A stretch of 57,694 bases of DNA from assembly GCA_964456345.1 (NCBI GenBank), contig CAYVZO010000001.1:1-57694 (forward strand), written 5' to 3'. Shown here in pieces: positions 47,625 through 56,537 of this stretch. The stretch's first letter is position 1. Each line of letters begins with the position of its first letter. The notes under the pieces are model-generated. The model was not told the DNA's origin, searched no databases, and saw nothing but the letters and a program-made list of their open reading frames with translations. The position numbers were made by a program, and so were the translations under genes. Origin of the DNA: an uncultured archaeon (lineage in GTDB: Archaea; Aenigmatarchaeota; Aenigmatarchaeia; GW2011-AR5).

Positions 47625-48899
47625 ATGAATAAAATGGAAGAGGAGAGAAAAGAAAAGCAAGATAGCCAAGACCAGCAAACAACTGCGGCAAACGAGCCTG
47701 CAGAGGCAAAACAAGAAGAGAAGAAACTAGGGGATTTAGGCACCCCCAAAGAGCAAAAAGATAGCCAAGAAGCAATGCCCGAAAAGAGCATCCTAGAGAC
47801 GCCTCAAACACTAACAAAAGAAATCTCTGAGAAAATGCCCGAGAAGTCGAACAGGACCAAGGAATGGATGAATGAGATTGGATGGTCAAGAAGCCCTTTC
47901 ACCTTTTCCATAGTACCTGAGTTATTTGTCGGCTATATTGAACAGGTAAACAGCATTGTCACCCTGCTTGAGGAAAAACATAAAGTAATACTTTTGGTCG
48001 GGCCAACCGGGTCCGGGAAAACGACGCTCTTGAAATGGGTTTCAGGCAACCTTCCTGAAGAATTCGACTATATTTTTATAGGAAAACCCCCTGAAAGAGC
48101 AGAAGAATTCGTTGATATATTCAATGAAAAGTTCAGAGTTCCCTGGTACAAGAGGCTGTTTACCTCTAACATAAAAAACATACACCAGATACCTGAAAAA
48201 CTTAACAAGAAACTTAAAAAGCACCTGGTTATAATGTTTGACGAAGCACACGAATCCTCGATAGATGTTCTTGAATGGCTAAGGGTATTCAGCGACCAGG
48301 TAAATAATATGTCTGTCCTCATAGCAGGACTGCCAAGTTTTGATGAAAAATTGTCTGAGCTTGAGACACTCAGAAAAAGGATTGTGACAAAAACAGAGCT
48401 TATATCCCTGACAAAAGAAGAAACTACAGAACTCATAAGGAAAAGAATAGCAAGCGTAGGCGGGAAAGATCTGAGGCCGTTTAATGCTGATATCATATCG
48501 GAGATATACGAAAAAACAGGAGGCTTTCCTCGCGAGGTCATTCGTATATGCAATGACCTTGTGAATAAGGCAGTCAAAGCGTATAAATTCGACGTAACCC
48601 GTGACATGCTTATAGGTGAGAAGGCTGAGGAAAAGAAAGTTTCCTTGGACATTCTGGACAGGATGACGCCGCTTCAGAAAGAAATAATGCAGCTGCTTTC
48701 GAAGGGCGCTTACACACCAGGGGAGGTTGCGAACTCGCTCGATCTGAGCAAATACAAAAGCAGGCAGCATGCGGTGCGTTCGATAAACAATATTATGAAG
48801 AGGCTCATGGCCGAAGGCTTTTTGGAGAGAAGTAAGCGTGACAAGGCTTATATCTACTCACTGGTGCCGCAGCTGAAGACAATCCTGATAAAATCATAG
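47625..48899 (+). CDS. AAA+ ATPase with C-terminal winged helix (Orc1/Cdc6-like architecture; ExeA/TniB-like ATPase core)
   Basis: Walker A GPTGSGKT, Walker B VIMFDEAH, GGFPREVIRICN, and C-terminal LQKEIMQLLSKGAYTPGEVANSL...RLMAEGFLER. The first ~85 aa are a low-complexity K/E/Q-rich region. Confidence 0.75.
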   Translation: MNKMEEERKEKQDSQDQQTTAANEPAEAKQEEKKLGDLGTPKEQKDSQEAMPEKSILETPQTLTKEISEKMPEKSNRTKEWMNEIGWSRSPFTFSIVPELFVGYIEQVNSIVTLLEEKHKVILLVGPTGSGKTTLLKWVSGNLPEEFDYIFIGKPPERAEEFVDIFNEKFRVPWYKRLFTSNIKNIHQIPEKLNKKLKKHLVIMFDEAHESSIDVLEWLRVFSDQVNNMSVLIAGLPSFDEKLSELETLRKRIVTKTELISLTKEETTELIRKRIASVGGKDLRPFNADIISEIYEKTGGFPREVIRICNDLVNKAVKAYKFDVTRDMLIGEKAEEKKVSLDILDRMTPLQKEIMQLLSKGAYTPGEVANSLDLSKYKSRQHAVRSINNIMKRLMAEGFLERSKRDKAYIYSLVPQLKTILIKS

Positions 48900-49020
48900 T
48901 CTTCTATATCTAACATAAGAAACTGAGAGTCATAGGTATTCCACGAATTTGTTATGCCTGTCAGCCTCTGTAAACCTATTTAAATTTTTGTCAGATAATA
49001 AATACAGGTAAGGTGGTTGA

Positions 49021-49278
49021 ATGATAAAGAACAGAGGGAAGGATCTGGTTGGAAGGGTAATAGTTTCTGAGGAAACCGGACGCAAGTTTGGCGTGGTCGG
49101 TGATATAAATTTCGTTTCCGAAAGCGGAGAATTACTAAGCCTGGTTTTGGTCGAGCCGACAAAACACAGTAATGACCTTAACCTAGAGAGGGACGAAAAT
49201 AACAAGATCTTGATTCCATTTTCTTCCGTGAAAAGCGTCGGAGATTTCGTTATAATCTCCGAGAAAGAGATAATTTGA
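49021..49278 (+). CDS. PRC-barrel domain protein
   Basis: LVGRVIVSEETGRKFGVVGDINFVSESGELLSLVL...ILIPFSSVKSVGDFVII fits the PRC-barrel pattern. 85 aa. Confidence 0.7.
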   Translation: MIKNRGKDLVGRVIVSEETGRKFGVVGDINFVSESGELLSLVLVEPTKHSNDLNLERDENNKILIPFSSVKSVGDFVIISEKEII

Positions 49279-49427
49279 GGACTTCTGATGGAACAGCTAT
49301 ACAAGACTAATCTTGAAAGGATTATAACTATTATGGACTCTATAGAGCACGCTGCCGAGAGCGAGAAAGACGAGCGGTTTCTGAGAAGGCTTTTCGTTTC
49401 GCTTGCGTAAAAATGAAAAGCAAGGTT

Positions 49428-50372
49428 CTAGTCTTCTATTCCCTTTTCAGTCACTGTGAAGATCGCTTCGCCTTCAGGCCTTGATGGTGAGTCGATCAGT
49501 CTGGCTATACGCTTGTTCTGTTTGCTTTTTCGCAGATAGAGGCGGAACGTGGATGCGTGGCCTAGGACATGACCGCCTATGGCTGTAGTTGGGTCGCCGA
49601 ACAAAATATCAGGACGAGCCATCACCTGGTTCGTCACGTAGATAGCAATATTGTTCGTATCAGCCATTCTTTGAAGGGCGTGTAAATGCCTGTTCAATTT
49701 TTGCTGCCTTGGTGCAAGCTCCCCCCGGCCGCTGTAATCTGAGCGGAAATGCGACATAAGGGAGTCTACGATCAATAATTTTACGTTCTGGTTCTTTACA
49801 ACGTCCTTTGCCTTGTCTACCAGCACGACCTGGTGATCGCTGTTGAAGACCTTTGCAACATATATGTTCTTCAGGACTTTCTTGGGGTCCAGGCCGCGGG
49901 TCTCTGCGATCTGCTTTATCCTTTCAGGACGGAAGGTCGATTCAGTATCCAGGAATATGCACTTGCCGTTTAAACCGCCTTTGTCTTTCGGGAGTTGGAC
50001 ATTTACAGCAAGCTGGAACGCAATCTGGGACTTGCCTGAGCCGAAGGCACCGTAACCCTCTGTTATTGCCTGTGTTTCCACTCCGCTGCCCAACAGGTCG
50101 TCAAGTGCTTGGGAACCGGTTGTAATCTTGCCTACACTTCCCCTTCTTTCCATCACTTCTTCAGCAGTCTTGAAACCCATGTCAAGCTTGCTTCTCGCAG
50201 CTTCGATTATTTTTTCCGCAGTTGCCTCGCCGATTTCGCAGGCAGAAGATATCTCGCCTGCAGATGCTGCTGCTATTGAAAGCAAATCCTCATAACCTGT
50301 CTCGCGCAGTTTTTGGGCGCCCTTCGGCCCAACTCCTGGGAGATCTTCTATAGTCAATCCTTTATCAACCAT
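49428..50372 (-). CDS. radA: DNA repair and recombination protein RadA
   Basis: N-terminal HhH ([12 protein letters not shown]), Walker [10 protein letters not shown] and Walker B LLIVDS. 314 aa. Confidence 0.95.
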   Translation of the reverse strand: MVDKGLTIEDLPGVGPKGAQKLRETGYEDLLSIAAASAGEISSACEIGEATAEKIIEAARSKLDMGFKTAEEVMERRGSVGKITTGSQALDDLLGSGVETQAITEGYGAFGSGKSQIAFQLAVNVQLPKDKGGLNGKCIFLDTESTFRPERIKQIAETRGLDPKKVLKNIYVAKVFNSDHQVVLVDKAKDVVKNQNVKLLIVDSLMSHFRSDYSGRGELAPRQQKLNRHLHALQRMADTNNIAIYVTNQVMARPDILFGDPTTAIGGHVLGHASTFRLYLRKSKQNKRIARLIDSPSRPEGEAIFTVTEKGIED

Positions 50373-50375
50373 GCT

Positions 50376-51335
50376 CTAACCTCCTGCCAAAATTTCTACC
50401 TCTTTCTTTACGTCGACATCCTCTATGTTGTTCACTATGAATTCCAGCCGGTCGAAATACGCGTTCCTTCTTGCCTGCCCCTGGAAGATGAACTCCTTGC
50501 CAAGGTCTATTCTGCCAAGCAGCGTTTTTTCGTTATCGAAGATTTTCTTTGCTTCGTCTTTTTTCATTCCGAGAACTTTTTCTGCATTTTCCCTGAAAAA
50601 CACAGCGCGCATATTCCCTGTTCCGTCGTCAATTATGCCGCTTATTACCATGCCGAAGTCAATCTCAGCTTCCGGATGGTCTTCACACTTGAAGTTGGTT
50701 TCCTCACGCACGCGTGCCCCGCATTTCGAGCACACCTCGTAGAAAGGATTCGTGTCAAACACATGAAGCAGCGAAGCACGCACCTCCCTGCTCTGGCCTT
50801 CCTTTATATTCGCGATGTCAGACCGCTCGTATTTCCTGGTTTCCACCATATCACCAATCTCTATTACCTCATCGCTTTTCTGTATAACACCGTATTTTCC
50901 CAACCGGATTTCAAGCCCGCCCAGTTTGTTTTCCCTTACGTAGCCACGAACGTTCACAACATCGCCTTTTTCAAATCCCTTTATTTTATCTATTTCATCG
51001 TTCCATAAAGAAAGACGGATAGAGCCGGTGTTGTCAGCTATGAACATATTGAGCACGCGGCCGCTTGCCTTTTCCGTGGAGAATTCCCGCACCTCTGATA
51101 TTTTAACTATCTTGCCAACGATGTCCACGTTCTGCATACCAGGCATTACGTTTTCTATGTTCAGCCTTGCCTGTTTCAAAAGGCTGATGCCAAGCTCCTT
51201 GGCAACTATATACGCTGCGCCTTCTTCTGATATGAGACCTGAAAGCTCCACCTGCTTGTCTGCTACCCTTTTCCTTATATTGCTTTCTGACAGACCAGAA
51301 TCAGCTGCTATTTTGCCGATAAGTTCCTCAATCAT
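50376..51335 (-). CDS. Replication protein A-like ssDNA-binding protein (OB folds plus zinc finger)
   Basis: N-terminal SGLISEEGAAYIVAKELGI, OB folds and CSKCGARVREETNFKCEDH. The start at MIEELIGK is preferred. Confidence 0.75.
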   Translation of the reverse strand: MIEELIGKIAADSGLSESNIRKRVADKQVELSGLISEEGAAYIVAKELGISLLKQARLNIENVMPGMQNVDIVGKIVKISEVREFSTEKASGRVLNMFIADNTGSIRLSLWNDEIDKIKGFEKGDVVNVRGYVRENKLGGLEIRLGKYGVIQKSDEVIEIGDMVETRKYERSDIANIKEGQSREVRASLLHVFDTNPFYEVCSKCGARVREETNFKCEDHPEAEIDFGMVISGIIDDGTGNMRAVFFRENAEKVLGMKKDEAKKIFDNEKTLLGRIDLGKEFIFQGQARRNAYFDRLEFIVNNIEDVDVKKEVEILAGG

Positions 51336-51392
51336 GCGACACACCCTGAATAAACAGGCATTAGTATATAGAACCCAATACATTTAAAGATT

Positions 51393-51602
51393 CTATTCGT
51401 CTAGAATCTTTCTTGCAAGCTTTATGTCGCGTTTCATGATGGTCCTGCGGTTTCCATGTTTTGACAGTTTTTCAGCTTCTAAGGCGATGAGCTTGGTTTT
51501 TTCTTCCATTATTTTCCCAAGTTCAGATGCGGCCTTGTCAGAAACACGCTTAGCGCCCACGCTTTTGAACAATCGCCTTATCGGCTGCAGGGTCAAAACC
51601 AT
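51393..51602 (-). CDS. Archaeal histone (HMf family)
   Basis: 69 aa. LQPIRRLFKSVGAKRVSDKAASELGKIMEEKTKLIALEAEKLSKHGNRRTIMKRDIKLA aligns by eye with HMfB. It is the internal Met of the longer listed ORF. Confidence 0.9.
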   Translation of the reverse strand: MVLTLQPIRRLFKSVGAKRVSDKAASELGKIMEEKTKLIALEAEKLSKHGNRRTIMKRDIKLARKILDE

Positions 51603-51675
51603 AATAATATTTTGTTCGAAAATATTTAAACCAGAATATATATAATATATCATATAGGGTGCTGAGGCAGGTGTC

Positions 51676-51966
51676 ATGACAGTAAAAACAGAGCTTGAAG
51701 AGCTTTTTCTGAGGAAGAAACCCGTGAAGCTACTCCTTAACATAAAGATGAAGAACAGTACGTACATATCTACACTGGCCAAGGACACGGACTGTACGTA
51801 TTCGCATACTGTAAAGCTTCTGGATTTCTTTAATAACCTGGGTCTCGTGGATTTCGAGAAGGCAGGACGAATAAAATACGTGAGACTGACGCAGGATGGC
51901 GAAAGCCTGGCAAACGATTTTGAATCCGTCCTGAGGAAGTTTAGCAAACTTAAACCAAGGAAGTGA
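51676..51966 (+). CDS. Winged-helix transcriptional regulator (ArsR/TrmB-like)
   Basis: [43 protein letters not shown] is an HTH-plus-wing pattern. Divergent from the histone gene. Confidence 0.6.
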   Translation: MTVKTELEELFLRKKPVKLLLNIKMKNSTYISTLAKDTDCTYSHTVKLLDFFNNLGLVDFEKAGRIKYVRLTQDGESLANDFESVLRKFSKLKPRK

Positions 51967-51970
51967 TGTT

Positions 51971-52315
51971 ATGAGGAAGAAAGCTCAATTCGATGGTTGC
52001 TCATCATGTGATTGCTCGTCTATCACAGGTCAGGCTGTTGCAGTCGGCGCATCTGCTGTCATCAGGGGCGAGAGGTATCAAAGTACCAGCAGGTCGTGGC
52101 TCGTGAGGAAGATAGACTTCTATCAGCAGATAATCGACCCGAGAATTAAGGCAAAAAAGCACGTAAAAAGAATATGCAAATATCATCCGACATGCTCAGA
52201 GTATTCAAAGCAGGCAATAAAGAAACATGGTACTGCAAAAGGTCTCGTGCTTGCAGTATGGCGACTTCTCCGTTGCAATCCATTCAGCAAAGGCGGCTAT
52301 GACCCTGTGAAATAG
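51971..52315 (+). CDS. yidD: YidD-family (DUF37) membrane protein insertion efficiency factor homologue with Cys-rich N-terminal extension
   Basis: [10 protein letters not shown]...[19 protein letters not shown]...[15 protein letters not shown] matches the YidD signature, preceded by about 45 extra residues (GCSSCDCSS). Confidence 0.75.
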   Translation: MRKKAQFDGCSSCDCSSITGQAVAVGASAVIRGERYQSTSRSWLVRKIDFYQQIIDPRIKAKKHVKRICKYHPTCSEYSKQAIKKHGTAKGLVLAVWRLLRCNPFSKGGYDPVK

Positions 52316-52532
52316 ACTCTGCCATAATTCTGAAGAAAACTAAGCTATTTTTGAACTATATTTTCAAAAAAATGCCTTACTCCTAGTTTTGTTAATAATT
52401 ACTGTCAAATACCACAAACAATAAAAATTCCTAGGACAAAAGGAGTTAATACATGGGCAAGGTTTTGTGCCGAAGATATGAAAAACAGGGGATTTTATAG
52501 TTTCGCTCCAACTAAAACATGAAGGTGTTTTT

Positions 52533-52730
52533 TTGCTTGAAATAAGAGAAAAGCCTCTAACAAAGGAAAAATTATCAATAACTTATGAACGTGCTGTTTG
52601 GGAAGCTATGATAATAGTAGGCAATGGAGAACCAAGATTACCTTATTGCCCTGAGTTTATTGATATGAATGACCCAGAAACTGTAACAATCTACCCTCTA
52701 GGTAGGGGTTATTCCATAGGAGTGAGGTGA
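52533..52730 (+). CDS. Hypothetical small protein
   Basis: 65 aa, TTG start preceded by GAAGGTG. No motif recognised. Confidence 0.3.
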   Translation: MLEIREKPLTKEKLSITYERAVWEAMIIVGNGEPRLPYCPEFIDMNDPETVTIYPLGRGYSIGVR

Positions 52731-52734
52731 AAAA

Positions 52735-53277
52735 ATGCCAAAAAAGAAGCTTTCAGACATGGTTTTTCAGAGGATTGGGCCGCCTGACAACAAGCTAAAC
52801 ATAGGTGTAGAGGATCTTTCTAACGTTCTGGTTAGAAGACTAGGACTCAAGCGAAAGGAGAGCAAGGCGCAGCATGACAAGCTGTTGATGGAATTCCTGA
52901 AGTTCAGGAAGGATAACATACCGCTTTCCATAGAAAAGATATCGCAGATTCTTGCTGTTTCGCAGTCGCAGACCTATGAGGAATTGAGGAAATGGAGAAC
53001 ACTGGGCCTTGTCGAATTCGTCAAAATGCCGTCTGGGAATGACTTTATAAAGGGCTATATGATAACAGCACCAACTGTCAACAGGCTGATAGACCGTGTT
53101 GAATCGTCTGCAAAGGGCTTCATGCGTAAAACTCGTCGCATAGCCAAGGATTTTGATGATCTTCTTATGTTAGAGGTTGCGCGCTCCAACAGGCCGGAAA
53201 AAACAGAAGAGCTAGAACCTGAGGAACCAGAGGTCGAGCCAGAAAATAAAGAGCAGGAGCAACCCAGTCAGACATGA
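52735..53277 (+). CDS. Hypothetical protein with central wHTH-like segment and acidic tail
   Basis: GAGGTGA upstream of the ATG. LSIEKISQILAVSQSQTYEELRKWRTLGLVEFVK is HTH-like. The C-terminus is E/P-rich. Confidence 0.5.
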   Translation: MPKKKLSDMVFQRIGPPDNKLNIGVEDLSNVLVRRLGLKRKESKAQHDKLLMEFLKFRKDNIPLSIEKISQILAVSQSQTYEELRKWRTLGLVEFVKMPSGNDFIKGYMITAPTVNRLIDRVESSAKGFMRKTRRIAKDFDDLLMLEVARSNRPEKTEELEPEEPEVEPENKEQEQPSQT

Positions 53278-53438
53278 GCACAATTAATTTTCTTATGTTA
53301 GGGATGGGAAGCCCAACTATCGATACAAAATATATTTTATATAATATTTATACTATAGAACATATTATTAAAGATTTTTTACTAAATATATTTTATAGTG
53401 TATAAGTAAACCCCACTCGAATGTGAGAGTTAAAGCGA

Positions 53439-53459
53439 GACACTATATTATATAGAGTC
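53439..53459. promoter_or_regulatory. Near-perfect 21-bp palindrome GACACTATATTATATAGAGTC, 17 bp upstream of the radical SAM gene
   Basis: Read directly. There is one mismatched arm position (4/18) around an unpaired centre base. The palindrome overlaps a TATA-like element. Confidence 0.4.
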
Positions 53460-53475
53460 TGGGAGAAAGAAAATT

Positions 53476-54363
53476 ATGAATAGAGTTCTGAGGCGTTACG
53501 AGAAAATACTGAAAGGCGGGGAAAAAACAAGGTTCTTGACTAATAAACAACTCAAGGATAAGGTAAAGAAAGCCTATTCTCTATTGAAAAAATGCGAATT
53601 ATGCGAGAGGAAATGCCTTGTAAACAGGAACAAAGAGATGGGCGAATGCAAGGTAGGCAATTCACCAGTGATATCATCTGCTTTCCCTCATTTCGGCGAA
53701 GAGCCTTTCTTCGTGCCGTCTTTTACCATATTCTTCATGGGATGCAATCTGCACTGCCAGTACTGCCAGAATTTTACGATATCACAATGGTGCGAGACAG
53801 GGAAGGAGATAACAACAGATGAGCTTGCCGATCTGATAAAGGGCGCAAAGGAATGCAAGAACGTTAATTTTGTTGGCGGCGATCCTACGCCGCACATCCC
53901 GTTTATCCTGGATGCGCTGGAAAAGGTAAGCAGGGAGGATTTCAACATCCCCATAATATGGAATTCCAATTTCTATATGTCCACAAAAGCCATGGACCTG
54001 TTGAAGGGCACGATTGATGTCTATCTCAGCGATTTCAAGTACGGAAACGATGGATGCGCTTCCAGGCTGTCGAAAGTGAATAATTATTTCGGCGTAGTCT
54101 CAAGGAACCACAGGTCTGCTTTTTACGATTCCGAGCTCGTCATCCGCCATTTGCTTCTGCCAAACCACTTCGAGTGCTGCACAAAACCGATATTGAATTT
54201 CATAGCTGAAAATTTCGGCGACAAAGTGATCGTGAATATAATGGACCAGTACAGGCCGACCTCCCTAGCAAACAAGTACCCTGAAATCAATTGCTGCCTT
54301 ACAGACGAGCACGAAAAGGCTGTAACTTACGCAAACAGGCTGGGCCTTAACTTCATACATTAG
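53476..54363 (+). CDS. Radical SAM protein, PflX-like (activase-type)
   Basis: CELCERKCLVNRNKEMGEC, then HFGEEP and the CX3CX2C cluster CNLHCQYCQN. Confidence 0.8.
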   Translation: MNRVLRRYEKILKGGEKTRFLTNKQLKDKVKKAYSLLKKCELCERKCLVNRNKEMGECKVGNSPVISSAFPHFGEEPFFVPSFTIFFMGCNLHCQYCQNFTISQWCETGKEITTDELADLIKGAKECKNVNFVGGDPTPHIPFILDALEKVSREDFNIPIIWNSNFYMSTKAMDLLKGTIDVYLSDFKYGNDGCASRLSKVNNYFGVVSRNHRSAFYDSELVIRHLLLPNHFECCTKPILNFIAENFGDKVIVNIMDQYRPTSLANKYPEINCCLTDEHEKAVTYANRLGLNFIH

Positions 54364-54392
54364 TTAAAAATCTTCACTATGATGGTATTATT

Positions 54393-54767
54393 ATGAATAT
54401 GAGAAAAATTTACCTGTTGGGCAATCCCCTCGTTGATGCGGACAGCCTGCCGCTGAAGATAGCCAAGAGTCTGCAGAAGGAATTCCCTGCCATAGAGTTT
54501 GCAGAGTTCGACCCGACAGAAGACCTCCCGGAAGAAATGATAGCAATAGACACCGTAATCGGCATAGACAAAGTAAAGGTAATCGATAACATAGATGACG
54601 TAATCAACGGCAAAATTTATTCTTTGCACGACTTCGACATAGGCTTCAACCTCAAGCTCATGAAAAAGCTGGGAAGGATGAAGAACGTAAAGATAATAGG
54701 GATACCAGCTGGCCTCACCGAAGACGAGGCAGTAAGTAAAGTGAGCGAGAAGATAAGAAGCCTCTAG
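54393..54767 (+). CDS. Hydrogenase maturation endopeptidase (HycI/HoxM-like)
   Basis: IYLLGNPLVDADSLPLKIA N-terminus and LHDFD region are typical of Ni-dependent C-terminal processing proteases. Convergent with the large-subunit gene. Confidence 0.7.
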   Translation: MNMRKIYLLGNPLVDADSLPLKIAKSLQKEFPAIEFAEFDPTEDLPEEMIAIDTVIGIDKVKVIDNIDDVINGKIYSLHDFDIGFNLKLMKKLGRMKNVKIIGIPAGLTEDEAVSKVSEKIRSL

Positions 54768-56056
54768 AGCCATCTCACGCGCAAAAAATGTGTTGCGCAG
54801 CTCATGCAGGGATCGTACGCCCGGATAAGCTTCTCAATCTCGTATTCTATTTCCTCCCTACGCATATCTTTTATTCTGTCCTCAACGAGCTTTGCTATGT
54901 CATTTTCTATGTTTATCTGGTTCTGTGATGTGGGCACAACAACAGTGGCATTCTTTATTTTGTTATTTGCTATTACGAACTTGTTGTACAGGGTTCCCCG
55001 CGGTGCTTCTATAACGCCGACTCCTGTTCCTTTGTTGGATGGAGCCTTCTGCAGCTCTTCCTTGACGAAATCACTACTTTCCAATATTTCTATAGAATGG
55101 TCTATGCTATGGAGTATTTCTATCGCCTGGGCAAGGTTGTTGTGGAACACGTTGTTCGAAGGAAAAGCCTTCAGGTATTTTGCAGCGCTCTTTTTCGTTT
55201 CCTTATGGAGAGCAGACTTGTTCAGGTTGACCCTCGAGATAGCGCCTACTAGGTAGTCTTCCCCCTCGAATTCGAAGCTGCGCGACTGTGAATAAGGAAT
55301 CACGATATTTACCAGATGGTCCATATAATCTTTTTCTTTCACGCAGAGGTTGTTGCTGCTTCTTATTTCACCTTCGAGGAAGCTGAAGTCTTTTGTCACA
55401 AGAGCCACGTGATCGGTATCTCTGTCGAATCTCTCATGCCATCTATGGAAAATATCTACGAGGTCTATGACAGAAGGCCGTACCCTTCTCAGCTCCTCTA
55501 TCGTGTTTTTTACAGCAGTTTTGTCAGGCGTCTTGAGGAAACCGCCTATTGTTGGGAAAGGCGCGTGCACCGCCTTCCCTGCTACGAGAGTTGACAGCAA
55601 GTTGCCTGCACGCTTCACGTCGAACGCATCGTGGAGTAGCTTGTGTTCTTTCTCGTTTTTCTCGTCAAAATCAAGTATAGAATCCTTGCCAATCAGGTCT
55701 GGAAGGCTGAAGAAATACAAATGCAGCGCGTGGTCGCGAATCATTAATCCGTACATTGTAAGTTTCTTCATCATCAGTGCCTGCTCGCTGGGAACTATTC
55801 CAAGTGCCTTCTCAATCGCTTCTATCGAACATATCAGGTGGGCGTTACTGCACGTTCCGCATATGCGCGCCATGAGCTGGGGTGCTGCAGAAACGGACTG
55901 GTTCCTGACTGCCTGCTCGTAAAATCTCTGGCTGTCTGTAATCTTGAATCGTACGTCTTCTGCTTTTCCGTCTCTTACCTTGACATCCAGGTCAGCGTGA
56001 CCTTCCATCTTGCTCAGATTCTTCATAGTTATGTCGAAGCTATGCATCTTTGGCAA
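54764..56056 (-). CDS. [NiFe]-hydrogenase large subunit (group 3-like, about 430 aa)
   Basis: N-terminal RICGTCSNAH and C-terminal DPCMSCATH, followed by a 7-aa tail (FLRVRWL) that would be removed by the protease. Confidence 0.9.
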   Translation of the reverse strand: MPKMHSFDITMKNLSKMEGHADLDVKVRDGKAEDVRFKITDSQRFYEQAVRNQSVSAAPQLMARICGTCSNAHLICSIEAIEKALGIVPSEQALMMKKLTMYGLMIRDHALHLYFFSLPDLIGKDSILDFDEKNEKEHKLLHDAFDVKRAGNLLSTLVAGKAVHAPFPTIGGFLKTPDKTAVKNTIEELRRVRPSVIDLVDIFHRWHERFDRDTDHVALVTKDFSFLEGEIRSSNNLCVKEKDYMDHLVNIVIPYSQSRSFEFEGEDYLVGAISRVNLNKSALHKETKKSAAKYLKAFPSNNVFHNNLAQAIEILHSIDHSIEILESSDFVKEELQKAPSNKGTGVGVIEAPRGTLYNKFVIANNKIKNATVVVPTSQNQINIENDIAKLVEDRIKDMRREEIEYEIEKLIRAYDPCMSCATHFLRVRWL

Positions 56057-56537
56057 ACTCCTTTATGCACTTGTCCATGATATTCAGAAAAATCCCCTCG
56101 TTCATCGGGCATCCCGGAACCTTTTCATCCACCTTTACTATTTCTCCCACTGCAGCTACTTTATCCCTGTAGTCGTAAGAATCCAGCGCGCTGGATATTT
56201 CTTTCCTTATCTTTGCGTTGAAATTGTTCCTCTGGCCTGATGGAAGACCGGTCACTGCGCACGAACCGACTGCTACAAGTTTTTGGCAGTTTTTTCTGAT
56301 TTTCTTCAGCTTGAGTTCTGAGCTTTTCGTGGATATGGCCCCCTCGACAAATGCGACGTCCAGGTCATTCATATCGTTGTTCTTTTTCAAAATTCTGGCA
56401 TACCGTATGTCTATCAGGTTCTTCCATTTGTCGTAGTGGTCGTTAAGGAGCTCAGTGAAAACTATGGAACTATCTTCACAGCAGCTGAAGGAGAACCATC
56501 CCATTCGCATTTTTCTCTTCATTTTTACCCAACTCAT
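56040..56537 (-). CDS. [NiFe]-hydrogenase small subunit, minimal NuoB-like form (proximal cluster only)
   Basis: SCCEDS, GSCA and PGCP motifs form the NuoB-type four-Cys pattern. At 165 aa there is no room for medial or distal cluster domains. Confidence 0.8.
   Translation of the reverse strand: MSWVKMKRKMRMGWFSFSCCEDSSIVFTELLNDHYDKWKNLIDIRYARILKKNNDMNDLDVAFVEGAISTKSSELKLKKIRKNCQKLVAVGSCAVTGLPSGQRNNFNAKIRKEISSALDSYDYRDKVAAVGEIVKVDEKVPGCPMNEGIFLNIMDKCIKEFAKDA

Noticed and set aside
49288-49410. 40-aa ORF (MEQLYKTNLERIITIMDSIEHAAESEKDERFLRRLFVSLA) just after the PRC-barrel gene
   Set aside because: A plausible helical micro-protein, but there is no clear ribosome-binding site and nothing to compare it with. 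Left unannotated.
50313-51008. 231-aa ORF antisense to the RPA and radA genes
   Set aside because: It spans two real genes on the other strand and has no motif support.
51606-51626. AATATTTT-N5-AAAATATT inverted repeat between the histone and wHTH genes
   Set aside because: The arms are entirely A/T in an AT-rich divergent promoter and could easily arise by chance.
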